Shown here piece after piece: positions 9,010 to 19,419 of a stretch of 64,000 bases of DNA (positions are counted from its first letter, which is position 1; every line of letters begins with the position of its first letter). Source of the stretch: Myxococcota bacterium. Lineage in GTDB: Bacteria; Myxococcota_A; UBA9160; UBA4427. The notes beneath the pieces were generated by a model. The model saw nothing but the letters and a program-made list of their open reading frames with translations. It searched no databases and was not told the DNA's origin. The stretch lies in contig OZ252299.1 of the NCBI GenBank assembly GCA_965250285.1, positions 800,001 to 864,000 on the forward strand, in the 5' to 3' direction. Position numbers and translations under genes: made by a program.

Positions 9010-9960
9010 ATGAGCCAGCCGCAGCAGCTCTGGCCCGAGCTCCCCAGCGAGAAGTGGACCGACACGCTCGAGACGCTGCACCTCTGGACTCAGGTCGTCG
9101 GCAAGATCCGCATGGGCCAGGCAGCCTGGTTGAACCACTCTTGGGGCGTCCCGCTGTACGTGACTGCGACTGGCCTGGGGACGTCCCTCGTGCCCTACGG
9201 CGCGGAGGGGTTCGAGCTTCGGTTCGACTTCATCGACCATGAGCTGAAGCTCCAGACGACGAGGGGCGAATCGCGCAGCATCGCGCTCGAGCCGCGCACC
9301 GTGGCCGACTTCTACGCTGAGGTCATCGACGCGATGGGCGCCGTGGGCATGCCCGTCGAGATCCGACCCGTCCCCACCGAGCTTCCCGATGCGATCCCCT
9401 TCGCCGAGGACGAGGTGCACGCGACCTACGATCCAGACCAGGCGCACGCGCTGTGGCGTGCGTTGCTACAGGCCCAGCGGGTCATGAGCCGGTTCCGGGC
9501 CGGCTTTCGCGGCAAGGCCAGCCCGGTGCACTTCTTCTGGGGCAGCTTCGACCTGGCCGTGACCCGGTTCTCCGGGCGCACGGCGCCCGCGCATCCCGGC
9601 GGTATCCCGAACTTTCCGCTCGACGTCGCGCAAGAGGCGTATTCGCACGAGGTCACGAGTGTTGGCTTCTGGCCCGGCAACCGCGAGGCGCCGGCCCCGA
9701 TCTTCTATGCCTACGCCTACCCGACGCCCGAGGGTTTTCCGGCTGCGTCGGTGCAACCCGAGACCGCTTCGTGGGTCGATGAGCTCGGTGAGTTCGTTCT
9801 TCCCTACGAGGCCGTCCAGCAGGCCACCGACCCCGACGGCGCATTGACGGCGTTCTTCGAGACCACGCACGCGGCGGCTGCTGATCTCGCCCAGTGGGAT
9901 CGCGACGCGCTCGAATGCGTCGCGCCACAGGGCCCGGACTGGTGGCGCAACCGAAGCTAG
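9010..9960 (+). CDS. DUF5996 family protein
   Basis: TLHLWTQVVGKIR, NHSW, SPVHFFWGSFDLAVTRFSGR, AYSHEVTSVGFWPG, FYAYAYP. GGAGG RBS upstream. Confidence 0.85.
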   Translation: MSQPQQLWPELPSEKWTDTLETLHLWTQVVGKIRMGQAAWLNHSWGVPLYVTATGLGTSLVPYGAEGFELRFDFIDHELKLQTTRGESRSIALEPRTVADFYAEVIDAMGAVGMPVEIRPVPTELPDAIPFAEDEVHATYDPDQAHALWRALLQAQRVMSRFRAGFRGKASPVHFFWGSFDLAVTRFSGRTAPAHPGGIPNFPLDVAQEAYSHEVTSVGFWPGNREAPAPIFYAYAYPTPEGFPAASVQPETASWVDELGEFVLPYEAVQQATDPDGALTAFFETTHAAAADLAQWDRDALECVAPQGPDWWRNRS

Positions 9961-10005
9961 CGTCGAGAGTCGGCGTCGTTTCCGCCACCAGATAGGACGA
10001 CCTGA

Positions 10006-11328
10006 ATGAAGCCAGAATCCTATGGCCAGCAGTACCGCCGCAAGCTCGTGTCGGCTGATCGAGCTGCGGCGCTCGTTGAGCAGGGTGACACCGTGTGCTC
10101 AGCGATGGCGGTGGGGCAGCCGCCGGCGATTCTCGAGGCATTGGCTGGTCGCTTGAGGTCACGCGATCTCGATCGAATCAAGTTCTACTACAAGCTCAGC
10201 ATGAGTCCGATTGCTGAGACGATGCTCTCGGATGGAGTGATCGAGTACGTAGACCCCCATTGCTTCTTCATCGCTGGCAAAGAGCATGAGGTGATCCAAT
10301 CCCAGGTCGCGTCAAAGCACAAGCTGCTGAGCTTCGTGCCATCTCACTTCAGCGAGTTGCCGAAGCTGTTCGACAACGAGATCGAACTCGATACTTTCGT
10401 CGCCACGGTTTCTCCGATGGATGCGGGTGGGTACTTCTCGTTCGGTACGAACAACGACTTCACGTCCATCGCGGCTCGACGCTGCAAACGCCTCATCGTC
10501 GAGGTGAACCGAAACATGCCGAGGGTCTTCGGAGAATCGCAGCTTCATGTGAGCGAAGTGACGGGGATCGTTGAGAACGCGGTGCCGCTGCTCGAAGTCC
10601 CGGGCGCGGAGGCTTCGGAATCAGGGCGGCAGATCGGTCGTTTGATCGAGCCGCTCATTCCGAATGGTGCCACGATCCAGATCGGCATCGGCCGGGTGCC
10701 GTCGGGCGTGACGGAATCGCTCTCGCAGCACGAAGACCTCGGTGTTCATACGGAGCTGTTGTCGCCCGGCATGATCGATCTGATCAAGAACGGAAACGTC
10801 AACGGCACTAGAAAGTCCTTACATCGCCGAAAGCACGTCTTTACCGTCGCGATCGGAGATCGCGCGATGTATGACTTCATGAACGACAACTCGTCCTTCG
10901 AGAGCTATCCGGCTTCATACGTCAACGACGTTCGAACCATCTCGAAGATCGACGACTTCGTATCCGTCAATACGGCGATCGAAGTCGATCTCTTCGGGCA
11001 GGTGAACGCGGAGTTCATCGGGGAGCACGAGTATTCTGGCTCGGGCGGTCACTATGACTTCGTGAAGGGAGCGTCGCTGGCACGGAATGGCGTATCGATC
11101 GTCGCTCTGCAGTCGACGGCCCAGAGCGGGACGGTGTCGACGATTGTGCCGAAGGTCGGGATGGTGACCGATCTGAGAATGGACATCGAGTACATCTGCA
11201 CGGAGCACGGGATCGTGAACCTGCGCGGAAAGTCGACCAAGGAGCGTGCGCTCGCCCTCATCAGCATCGCTGACCCGAAGTTTCGCGATGAGCTGACCGA
11301 TGCAGCGCGACGGCACGTATTGATCTAG
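10006..11328 (+). CDS. Acetyl-CoA hydrolase/CoA-transferase family protein
   Basis: VSPMDAGGYFSFG, EVNRNMPR, TIQIGIG, DLGVHTE (catalytic Glu), GSGGHYDF, TEHGIVNLRGKS..RALALISIADPKFR. Confidence 0.9.
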   Translation: MKPESYGQQYRRKLVSADRAAALVEQGDTVCSAMAVGQPPAILEALAGRLRSRDLDRIKFYYKLSMSPIAETMLSDGVIEYVDPHCFFIAGKEHEVIQSQVASKHKLLSFVPSHFSELPKLFDNEIELDTFVATVSPMDAGGYFSFGTNNDFTSIAARRCKRLIVEVNRNMPRVFGESQLHVSEVTGIVENAVPLLEVPGAEASESGRQIGRLIEPLIPNGATIQIGIGRVPSGVTESLSQHEDLGVHTELLSPGMIDLIKNGNVNGTRKSLHRRKHVFTVAIGDRAMYDFMNDNSSFESYPASYVNDVRTISKIDDFVSVNTAIEVDLFGQVNAEFIGEHEYSGSGGHYDFVKGASLARNGVSIVALQSTAQSGTVSTIVPKVGMVTDLRMDIEYICTEHGIVNLRGKSTKERALALISIADPKFRDELTDAARRHVLI

Positions 11329-11338
11329 GGGACACGTC

Positions 11339-12115
11339 ATGCCGCTGATCCTGTCCAGTCTCGCCGATGGCGTAGGCACGCTCGCCCTCGATCACTACGA
11401 GAAGCGAAATGCGCTGGGCGCGGACATGATCGCAGAGATACTATCCGCGCTATCCGAGCTGGAAGAGCGAAGAGCCCGTGTCGTTGTCCTGAGGTCGGCT
11501 TCGGCGGGGGATGTATGGTCGGCGGGGCACGACGTGTCGGAGCTACCGAGGGCGCAAGTCGACCCACTCCCGTACGACGATCCCCTCGAACGCTTGATCC
11601 GCGCCGTTCGCGATCACCCAGCGCCGGTCATCGCAATGGTGGATGGGTCTGTTTGGGGTGGAGCGTGCGATCTCGTCGTGAACTGCGACATCGTGATTGC
11701 TGATGAACAGAGCACGTTCGCGATTACGCCCGCAAAGCTCGGGCTGCCCTATGTCGCGTCCGGGCTGGCGCACTTCATGCACCGGATGCCCCTGGCCATC
11801 GTGAAAGAGATGTTCTTCTCAGCCTCTCCCCTGACGGCCGATCGCGCCCTTGCCTCGGGGCTTGTCAACACGGTGGTGAATAGTGCGCAGCTCGAGTCTG
11901 CGGTGGATGACTTGGCTCGGACGATCGCTTCACGTTCTGCCGAGGCCGTTTCGGCACACAAGAAGATGCTGAACGTACTGAGCGAGTCGAATCAGCTGAG
12001 CCCAGATCAGTTCGAATACCTGAACGAGCTTCGGAGATCCACCTACATGGGTGCAGACTACAGCGAGGGGGTTGCCGCCTTCCTGGAGAAACGCGCGCCT
12101 GTGTTCAAGAAATAG
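11339..12115 (+). CDS. scpB: Methylmalonyl-CoA decarboxylase (crotonase family)
   Basis: VWSAGHDVSELP, DPLPYDDPL, GSVWGGA and TFAITPAKLGLPY match the ScpB/YgfG pattern. Confidence 0.8.
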   Translation: MPLILSSLADGVGTLALDHYEKRNALGADMIAEILSALSELEERRARVVVLRSASAGDVWSAGHDVSELPRAQVDPLPYDDPLERLIRAVRDHPAPVIAMVDGSVWGGACDLVVNCDIVIADEQSTFAITPAKLGLPYVASGLAHFMHRMPLAIVKEMFFSASPLTADRALASGLVNTVVNSAQLESAVDDLARTIASRSAEAVSAHKKMLNVLSESNQLSPDQFEYLNELRRSTYMGADYSEGVAAFLEKRAPVFKK

Positions 12116-12237
12116 TGATGGCAGGATGCGTCCGGTCGGTGTGCTTTCATCGGAATCGGATCCGCGGTCCGCACGATCGACCGCGACATGGGCAGGGCAA
12201 CTGACGTGTTTGCACACGTGTCGGGCTGGTGCAGCGC

Positions 12238-13242
12238 TCAGACCTCGTAGCGCCACAGAAGGTGACCGGCTTGCTGCAGCCAGCGCACCGTATCGCGCAC
12301 GGTCTCTGTGGGCGGTCGGTACTCGAGCTTGAGATCGCTCAGCGCGGCGCCGTCGTCCGAGCGGGCCCACTCGGTCATGTACAGCGTGCTCTCGAAGCTG
12401 ACCGGCAGGTCGGTCGGCACGAAGCGGGTGACGAGATCGGCGACGCGCCCCGCCCACTGCACCGCGATCGCGGGCGTAGGCGGCTTCAAGAAACGAACTC
12501 CCGTGACGTCTTCGAGCAGCTGGGCGAGCTCGGGCCACGTGAAGAAGGTGCCGCCCAGCACGTAGCGAGAGGGCGGCCCCCCGTTCTCGAGTAGACGGAC
12601 GTGCGCGAGCGCGAGGTCGCGCACGTCGACCAGCTGAAAGCCGCTCGAGGTCGCGGGGACGGCGCGGCTATCGAGAAACAGCTTCAGGCCGAGCACGGCC
12701 TCACTCAAGCCCGGGTCGTCGGGCCCGAGGACGCTGCCCGGGTAGGTCGTGTGAATCGGCGCGCCATCTTCTTGCAGCCGCCGTACGAGGCGATCGCACT
12801 CGATCTTCGAGCGCCCGTAGCCCGTCGGTGTCTCACCGAGAGGCGCCTTCTCGTCGATCCCGGGCAGGCCGCGGCGAAACAGCGCAGTCAGGCTCGAGAC
12901 CTGGACCATCCGCTCGATGCCGCGCGCGTGGGCGCCGCCCAGAACGTTCTCGGTGCCTTGCAGGTTGTTGCGCAGCACGCGGTCGGCCTCGCTGGCCTGG
13001 ACGCTCACGATGGCGGCGGCATGCACGACGGCGTCGCATCCATCAAGCGCTCGCTCGACACTGCGGGCGTCGGTGATGTCCCCGCGCACGGCGTCGAGGT
13101 CATGGAGACCGAGCGGCTCGAAGAGGTTCGCCATCTTGTCGAGGCTGCGAACCAGCAGCTGAACCTCGTGACCCGCCTCGACGAGCGCACGCACGGTGTG
13201 AAAGCCGACGAAGCCGGTGCCGCCTGTGACCATCACGCGCAT
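12238..13242 (-). CDS. NAD-dependent epimerase/dehydratase (extended SDR)
   Basis: VTGGTGFVG, GDITD, HAAA, YGRSK (YxxxK), VDVRDLALAH. Confidence 0.85.
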   Translation of the reverse strand: MRVMVTGGTGFVGFHTVRALVEAGHEVQLLVRSLDKMANLFEPLGLHDLDAVRGDITDARSVERALDGCDAVVHAAAIVSVQASEADRVLRNNLQGTENVLGGAHARGIERMVQVSSLTALFRRGLPGIDEKAPLGETPTGYGRSKIECDRLVRRLQEDGAPIHTTYPGSVLGPDDPGLSEAVLGLKLFLDSRAVPATSSGFQLVDVRDLALAHVRLLENGGPPSRYVLGGTFFTWPELAQLLEDVTGVRFLKPPTPAIAVQWAGRVADLVTRFVPTDLPVSFESTLYMTEWARSDDGAALSDLKLEYRPPTETVRDTVRWLQQAGHLLWRYEV

Positions 13243-13428
13243 CGGATGCGGACCTCCATGACACTGGCAGAGTAGCGCGCGACCGGACCGTCGATCGCGC
13301 CCGAGAGGGCCACGTGACGACCGGGCCGTCGATTGCGCCGAAGCTGACCACGGGACGACCGCGCCCCAGCACACACGCCAAGGCGACCCGGCTGGGCCCG
13401 AACGAGGCCAGACCAACCGCTCACCGCG

Positions 13429-14010
13429 CTAGGGGCCATGGATGAAGTGGATCTCGAACTTCGAGATCTGGGAGCGCTTCTCGACGGCGTTGAAGATCGT
13501 CGTCAGACGTTCGGGCGTCGTCGCGAGCGGCGACCGATAGTCGACGTCGACCCGTACCTGCGAACCGGCAACGAAGGGGAGCGTGTCTTCGAGCGGGATG
13601 CTCCAGCCGGCCAAGTCTGCGTGATCCAGCCATTTCTCGGGGTACAGCCCGGTGGGTTCGTCGAGGAGCACGACTTCCTCAGCGTCGCCGTGGCGCAAGA
13701 CGACGCGCTCGATCGTCGCCGGATCGACCCGGTTGCCGTAGAAGCCGACGCTGACGCCGAGGCGATACGGAGGGGTCAGGTGATGGTGACTGTCGGTGAA
13801 GAGCGTGATCGGGTACGGGTCCGGCGCGTCGGTGTAGCCGGACGTCGCCCCGATCGTCGTCCAGATCAGGAAGTCGTTGGTCTTGCGTTCGAACTCCGAC
13901 TCGGGGTGCTTCGAGTCGCGTACGTATCGCTGTGAGTCCTGATAAGCGGTGCCGCAGGCCGTGAGCCAGATCGATGAGAACAGGATCAGGGACCGCGCGA
14001 GCACGCTCAT
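13429..14010 (-). CDS. Hypothetical lipoprotein
   Basis: MSVLARSLILFSSIWLTAC lipobox; fills the gap between two minus-strand genes. Confidence 0.6.
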   Translation of the reverse strand: MSVLARSLILFSSIWLTACGTAYQDSQRYVRDSKHPESEFERKTNDFLIWTTIGATSGYTDAPDPYPITLFTDSHHHLTPPYRLGVSVGFYGNRVDPATIERVVLRHGDAEEVVLLDEPTGLYPEKWLDHADLAGWSIPLEDTLPFVAGSQVRVDVDYRSPLATTPERLTTIFNAVEKRSQISKFEIHFIHGP

Positions 14011-14053
14011 ACGTTCGGATCCCGATGGCCTGGCGATCTCGGTGCGGATCGGT

Positions 14054-15379
14054 TCATCGCTCGGCTTGCCCTGGGGCGATCTCGCCCGACCCAAGGTGAA
14101 TGGTCCTGCCCGTCGCGGTGCGGTAGAGCCACTCGATCCCGAACGAAGCGCCCAGCATCCCGACCAGAATCAGGATGTGCCAGCGCGTCGCGGGGTCGGC
14201 CACGGTGTAGCCGCAGAGGGCGAGCGTCGCGATCGCGCAGGCGAGGGCGCCGAGCCAGGAGAGCCACGGGCGGCTCGCCGTTTCGCCGGCGAGGCGCGCA
14301 TTCGCGACGTTGACGGCGAGAAAGATCAGAAGAAAGCCGGCGCTGCCCATCGTGGCGATCGCACTCAAGGGCAGCAGGTTTGCAGCGAGCAGCGTGAGCG
14401 CTGCGAAGAGCAGCATGCCTTCGAGCGGCTGGCCATGGATCGAGCGCTCGAGCTCGGCCGGAAGCTCGCCGGTCTTCGCGATCAGATAGGTGAGGCGACC
14501 GGCGCCGTAGAACGTGGCGTTGATCGCCGAGCTGGTCGCGAGGAGCGCGGCGACGATGATGATCCAGGCACCGGGCTGGCCCATCAGCTCACGCGCCGAC
14601 TCGGAGAGCACGTAGTCGGCGTGTCGATGAATCGCCGCGAAGTCGAGGTGGCCGACGACGACCATCGCGATGGCCACGTAGAAGACCATGACGAGCAGGA
14701 CGCCCCCGACGTAGGCGATCGGCAGGGCGCGACGGGGGTTCTGGATACTCCGCCCAGCGTTTGCGATGAGCTCGAAGCCCTCGTAGTTGAGGAAGATCAC
14801 CATCGAGCCGGCGACCAGCTCGACAGGGCCGACCCACTCGGCTCTCGAAAGCCGCTCCCAATCCATCGGCGTGCTCAGACCGACGACGACGAAGACTGCC
14901 AACAGCACCAGCTTGACCGCGTTGAACAGGTTCTCCGACCGAATCGCAATCTCGGCGCCGAAGTAGTTGATGAGGGCGAGGCCGACGACGGCGCCCGAGA
15001 TGAGGGCGTGCTTCCAGAAGTCGTAGTCGGCTTCGGGGAAGAGCTTGGCTCCATACGCGCCGAACGCATAGGCGTAGACCGAGAGCAGCACCACGTAGCT
15101 CAGGCAGAGCAAGATGTTGAGCGCACCGGTCGTGACACCCGTGCCGAACGCGCGGTTGAGGAACTCGACCGTGCCGCCCTCGCTCGGGTAGCGGAGCGTG
15201 AGCCGCCAATACGAGTAGGCGGTGAGCAGCGCGACGACGCCCGCCACGACGAACGCGAGCGGGGCCGCGCCGCGCGTCAGCTCGACGGTCAGCCCGGTGA
15301 CGGCGAAGATACCGCCCCCCACCATCCCGCCGATGCCGATCGACAGGGCTGAGAGCGTGCCGACTCTTTCCTTCTCCAC
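14054..15379 (-). CDS. APC family amino acid permease
   Basis: IGIGGMVGGGIF, YPSEGG, FLNYEGFELIAN; about 12 hydrophobic segments. Confidence 0.9.
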   Translation of the reverse strand: MEKERVGTLSALSIGIGGMVGGGIFAVTGLTVELTRGAAPLAFVVAGVVALLTAYSYWRLTLRYPSEGGTVEFLNRAFGTGVTTGALNILLCLSYVVLLSVYAYAFGAYGAKLFPEADYDFWKHALISGAVVGLALINYFGAEIAIRSENLFNAVKLVLLAVFVVVGLSTPMDWERLSRAEWVGPVELVAGSMVIFLNYEGFELIANAGRSIQNPRRALPIAYVGGVLLVMVFYVAIAMVVVGHLDFAAIHRHADYVLSESARELMGQPGAWIIIVAALLATSSAINATFYGAGRLTYLIAKTGELPAELERSIHGQPLEGMLLFAALTLLAANLLPLSAIATMGSAGFLLIFLAVNVANARLAGETASRPWLSWLGALACAIATLALCGYTVADPATRWHILILVGMLGASFGIEWLYRTATGRTIHLGSGEIAPGQAER

Positions 15380-15673
15380 GCATCACACCCTAGCGTGGCC
15401 AGACGATCCGACCCAAGGATGCCGTGTGCGGACCGAGTGGGCAGGGGATGGCGCCCGTGTGCATCGAGGCTCGAGATGTGGGCTTGCCTCGAGCGCGGGC
15501 GAGGCGAGGGCACTCCGTCGACTCTCGGACAGCGGATGCGCACGCCGCGTTTCGGCCTGACTCACTCTCTCGCTCGCCGATCGAAGGCCCGGCGAGGGTC
15601 GGCGGCGAGCGTCGCGCGCCGCTGCGACTCGCCACGCGATTTGAGCGATCATCGCGCCGAAGTGAGGGCGATC

Positions 15674-16573
15674 TTGTCGCTGCGTTCCTACTACCTCGGC
15701 TGTCCGTTCTGGAGCTTCGGCGCCTGGAACGGAAGTCTCTACACACGCGATGCGCGGCCGCAGGATCGGCTCGCGCAGTACGGTCGCGTCTTCAACTCGG
15801 TCGAAGGCAACACCACGTTCTGGAGCGTGCCGAGCGCCGACTCGGTGCGACGCTGGGCAGATGCGGTCGACGACGATTTTCGCTTCTGCTTCAAGCTGCC
15901 GCGCACGATTACGCACGAGGCGATGTTGTGCGACGTCGAACGTGACGTCGACGCCTTCCTGCACGCGCTCGAGCCGATGGGCGAACGCCTGGGACCGGTC
16001 TTGATCCAGCTCCCGCCCGCCTTCGGTCCGAATCGACTCGATGACCTCGAGCGGCTGCTGCGTTTCGTGCCGAGTGCGCGCGATTGGGCTGTCGAGCTTC
16101 GTCATCTTGCCTTCTTCGACGACGCGGCGTCGGCGCGGACCGTCGACGAGCTGCTGGTCGAGCATGGCTGCGATCGGGTCGTCATGGATACGCGGGCCCT
16201 GCGTTCAGGAGATCCCGAGCACCCCGAGGTCCGATCCGCGCTGCACGAGAAGCCCGATCTTCCGCTTCGGCCCGAACCACTCGGCCGGAACCCGCTGGTG
16301 CGATTCGTCGGCCATCCGACCGACGTGCCGAACGATCCCTACCTGGACGAGTGGGCCGGTCGCATCAGTGGTTGGATCGAATCGGGAAAGACGCCGTACT
16401 TCTTCATGCACACGGCGAGCAACCGACGCACCCCCGAGTTCGCGCGTGATCTGCATCGCAGGATCGCCGAGCGAATCGACGTCGGCGAGCTGTCCGACTT
16501 TCCGGGTGAGCGTGGCGAGCGTGCGGATGGACAGCTCGCCCTGCCGGGCCTGGGCGCGCCCGGCCGAGGCTGA
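15674..16573 (+). CDS. DUF72 (YecE-like) protein
   Basis: YYLGCPFW, YGRVFNSVEGNTTF, FRFCFKLPRTITH, IQLPPAFGP, YFFMH. TTG start inferred. Confidence 0.85.
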   Translation: MSLRSYYLGCPFWSFGAWNGSLYTRDARPQDRLAQYGRVFNSVEGNTTFWSVPSADSVRRWADAVDDDFRFCFKLPRTITHEAMLCDVERDVDAFLHALEPMGERLGPVLIQLPPAFGPNRLDDLERLLRFVPSARDWAVELRHLAFFDDAASARTVDELLVEHGCDRVVMDTRALRSGDPEHPEVRSALHEKPDLPLRPEPLGRNPLVRFVGHPTDVPNDPYLDEWAGRISGWIESGKTPYFFMHTASNRRTPEFARDLHRRIAERIDVGELSDFPGERGERADGQLALPGLGAPGRG

Positions 16574-16624
16574 AGCCCCGGCCGGGCAGCGGCGGCGATC
16601 TCACCCCTGCCGCCGCCCTGGGCC

Positions 16625-17371
16625 TCACCACGGAATGCGTTCGCCGTCCCAACCCCAGAACGACCCCGTTTCGGCCGGGTCGATGTCGCCGAGCACGTCG
16701 AGCAGGTGCGCCGCCGACTCGCTGGGCTGCAAGACGACCCGCTTGCCGGCGAAGGGGGCCGAGAGGGGGCTCTGCACGGTGCCGGGGTGCAGCGCCACAC
16801 AGAGCGATCCGGGAGATCGGCGCTTCAGCTCGATGGCGAGCGTCCGGACGCACATGTTGAGCGCCGCCTTCGACGCGCGATAGCCGTACCAACCGCCGAG
16901 CCCGTTGTCGCCGACGCTGCCGACGCGCGCCGAGAGCATCGCCACGCGGGGGCTGTGCGTGCCCGCTAGAGCCGGCAGCAACGCCTGGGTCACGAGCAGC
17001 GGACCGACGGTGTTGACCTCGAACGCATGCACCAGCGATTCGCGCGAGACGTGCTCGAGCCGTTTCTCCGCACGAGCACGTCCGTCCTCGAGCACACCCG
17101 AGGCCTGCATCAGCAGGTCGATGCGAGGCGCCGCGTCGAGGATGGCGCGTGCACCTCGAGTGATCGATGCGTCGTCGCCCGGATCCAGCTCGATCCGAGT
17201 CAGTCGAGCCAAGCCGGGCGCCGGATCGGGGAGCCGCTCGTTCAACCGATCGAGCGATCGCCCGGTCGCCACGATGTGCTCGAAGCCCCCGCGCGCGACG
17301 AGCGCTTCGACGAGCGCCGCACCGATCGCGCCGCTCGCGCCTTGCACGACGGCTGTGCGGGGCGCGTTCAC
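16625..17371 (-). CDS. SDR oxidoreductase, C-factor/CsgA-like subfamily
   Basis: [52 protein letters not shown]. Confidence 0.85.
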   Translation of the reverse strand: MNAPRTAVVQGASGAIGAALVEALVARGGFEHIVATGRSLDRLNERLPDPAPGLARLTRIELDPGDDASITRGARAILDAAPRIDLLMQASGVLEDGRARAEKRLEHVSRESLVHAFEVNTVGPLLVTQALLPALAGTHSPRVAMLSARVGSVGDNGLGGWYGYRASKAALNMCVRTLAIELKRRSPGSLCVALHPGTVQSPLSAPFAGKRVVLQPSESAAHLLDVLGDIDPAETGSFWGWDGERIPW

Positions 17372-17868
17372 TCGGGCAGAATGACCGCGTCGACGACGTG
17401 GATCACCCCGTTGGTGGCCTCGAAGTCGGTCACGACCAGGTTCACGCCGTTTACCCGGACCCGACCGCCGCTGGCGTCGATGTCGAGCATCTTGCCGTTC
17501 ACGGTCTTGGCCGAGTCGAGCTTCACGACGTCGCTGGCCATGACCTTCCCCGGCACGACGTGGTAGGTCAGGATCTCGGACAGCTTCTGCTTGTTCTCCG
17601 GCTGGAGCAGCGCTTCTACCGTGCCGGCCGGAAGCTTGGCAAACGCCTCGTCGGTGGGAGCGAAGACCGTGAACGGCCCATCCCCTTCGAGCGTGCTCAC
17701 CAGGTCAGTGGCCTGGAGTGCCGCGATGAGCGTGTCGAACGAGCCGGTCGCGGTCGCGACCTCGACGATGTTGCCCTCGATCTCCTCGTGATGCGCGGCG
17801 TAGACGAGGCCAGAAACGGTGACGGCCAGCGCCGCGCCGAGGGCGACGGCGAGCGTTCGGATCGGCAT
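17368..17868 (-). CDS. Fasciclin (FAS1) domain secreted protein
   Basis: [39 protein letters not shown]; signal peptide. Confidence 0.92.
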   Translation of the reverse strand: MPIRTLAVALGAALAVTVSGLVYAAHHEEIEGNIVEVATATGSFDTLIAALQATDLVSTLEGDGPFTVFAPTDEAFAKLPAGTVEALLQPENKQKLSEILTYHVVPGKVMASDVVKLDSAKTVNGKMLDIDASGGRVRVNGVNLVVTDFEATNGVIHVVDAVILPE

Positions 17869-18232
17869 GGGGGTTTTCCTCGGGTCGGCAGGTGGGAGAG
17901 CGTCGCGATCAGGGGCGCTTCGTTCGGATGCTGTCTGCCGCCTTGGGGTTCGCTGCGGACCGCGCGCCCCAACGTGCTTGGCGTGTGCACGACGCGCCGG
18001 CATGGCGGTGCCTCGCGTTGTCCCGATTCTGAGAGCGTAGAGGTGACGGGCACACTCGAGGCGCGCGGATCCGGCGACGTCCTGGCTGCTTGCAGTGAAG
18101 TGGCGCGCCCGTCAGCTCGATGCTGCGCTTCGCGTGGTCCAGGAGGCAAATGGGCCGGTGATCGACGTCGTCCGGGACCGAAAGGCGATCGAATCGCCCG
18201 AAGACGCGGCCAGGTCCATCCGCGGCGGTCTC

Positions 18233-18676
18233 CTACGACGTCGCGAACAAATCTCGCTCGATGTCGGCGAAGGCCTTGAACTCGAGTGCGTTGCCGGATG
18301 GATCGGTGAAGAACATCGTGCGATGCTCCCCCGGCTCGCCCGCAAAGCGCGTGTACGGCTCGATGACCCACTGGCTCACGAACTGCTCGGCTCGGGCGCG
18401 CAGCGCATCCCACTGCGCGAGCGTCAGCACGACGCCGAAGTGAGGCACCGGCACGCTATGGCTGTCGACGGGGTTCGCGATGTGCGCGATGCGGCCGTCC
18501 CGTCCGAGCGCAGGGTTCAGATGCGTCACCAGCTGGTGCCCGAACAGGTTCCAGTCGACCCAGGTCGGTGCGCTTCGGCCCTGGCTCAGGCCGAGCTTCA
18601 CGCCGTAGAACGCGCGTGCCTCGTCTAGGTCGCGCACCTGGATGGCGAGGTGGAATGGTGTGAGATGGGTCGTCAT
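18233..18676 (-). CDS. VOC (glyoxalase/dioxygenase) family protein
   Basis: PFHLAIQVRDL, VPVPHFGVVL, TMFFTDPSGNALEFK. Confidence 0.88.
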   Translation of the reverse strand: MTTHLTPFHLAIQVRDLDEARAFYGVKLGLSQGRSAPTWVDWNLFGHQLVTHLNPALGRDGRIAHIANPVDSHSVPVPHFGVVLTLAQWDALRARAEQFVSQWVIEPYTRFAGEPGEHRTMFFTDPSGNALEFKAFADIERDLFATS

Positions 18677-18847
18677 GGTCCGTCGGTTGGCCTTGCTCTC
18701 GCGGACCGGCGCCACCGCGGCCGGCCGATCCGGTCGTGCTCGAACCCTGAAGATAGTCGCATTCGGCGACGAGCAACCCTACCCCCCTTCATCGGCGAAG
18801 CAGGTCGGATACCTTGGGTACGTGCTCTCGCGAGGTCAGGGAACCGA

Positions 18848-19282
18848 ATGATCCGACACTTCGATCACGTCACCGTCGTCGTTCGAGACCTCGAAGCGGC
18901 CAAGACGTTCTTCGGCCACCTCGGATTCGTCGAGGACAAGACCGTCGTCATCGAGGGCGCGCGGTTCGCAGAGTACATGGGCGTCGATGAGATCGAAGCA
19001 GATCACGCGACGCTCATCGTGCCGGGTGTCACTCCGCGTCTCGAGGTCCAGATCCTGCACTATCGCCGGCCCGATCCTCGAGTCGACCCCCTGATTGCGC
19101 GACTCGACAAGCTCGGCTTCAACCACATCTGCTTCGCCGTCGACGATGTCGAGGCCACCGTCGCCCGACTCCGAACTGCTGGGGTCGAGGTGAGGGGCGA
19201 GCTCGAGGCCTTCCACGATCGCAAGCTCTTCTTTCTGACGGGTCCAGAGGGGATCACCGTCGAGCTGGCTCAGTGGAGCTAG
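18848..19282 (+). CDS. VOC family protein
   Basis: FDHVTVVVRDL, GFNHICFAVDDV, GPEGITVELAQ. Confidence 0.85.
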   Translation: MIRHFDHVTVVVRDLEAAKTFFGHLGFVEDKTVVIEGARFAEYMGVDEIEADHATLIVPGVTPRLEVQILHYRRPDPRVDPLIARLDKLGFNHICFAVDDVEATVARLRTAGVEVRGELEAFHDRKLFFLTGPEGITVELAQWS

Positions 19283-19419
19283 CTCGGCTCGCTTCAAGCT
19301 CGAGGCTCGCCCGATCGAGCCGGTTCCGAGCGCCGTTCGATTCCCCGCCGCCCTGATGATCCGATCCGGCGTCGCCACGCGCCGCGGCCCGGGGCTCGGC
19401 GCTGTGGCATGTTGGTGCC

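Noticed and set aside
16625..17371. Naming the SDR csgA (C-signal)
   Set aside because: Subfamily resemblance only; there is no evidence for a developmental role.
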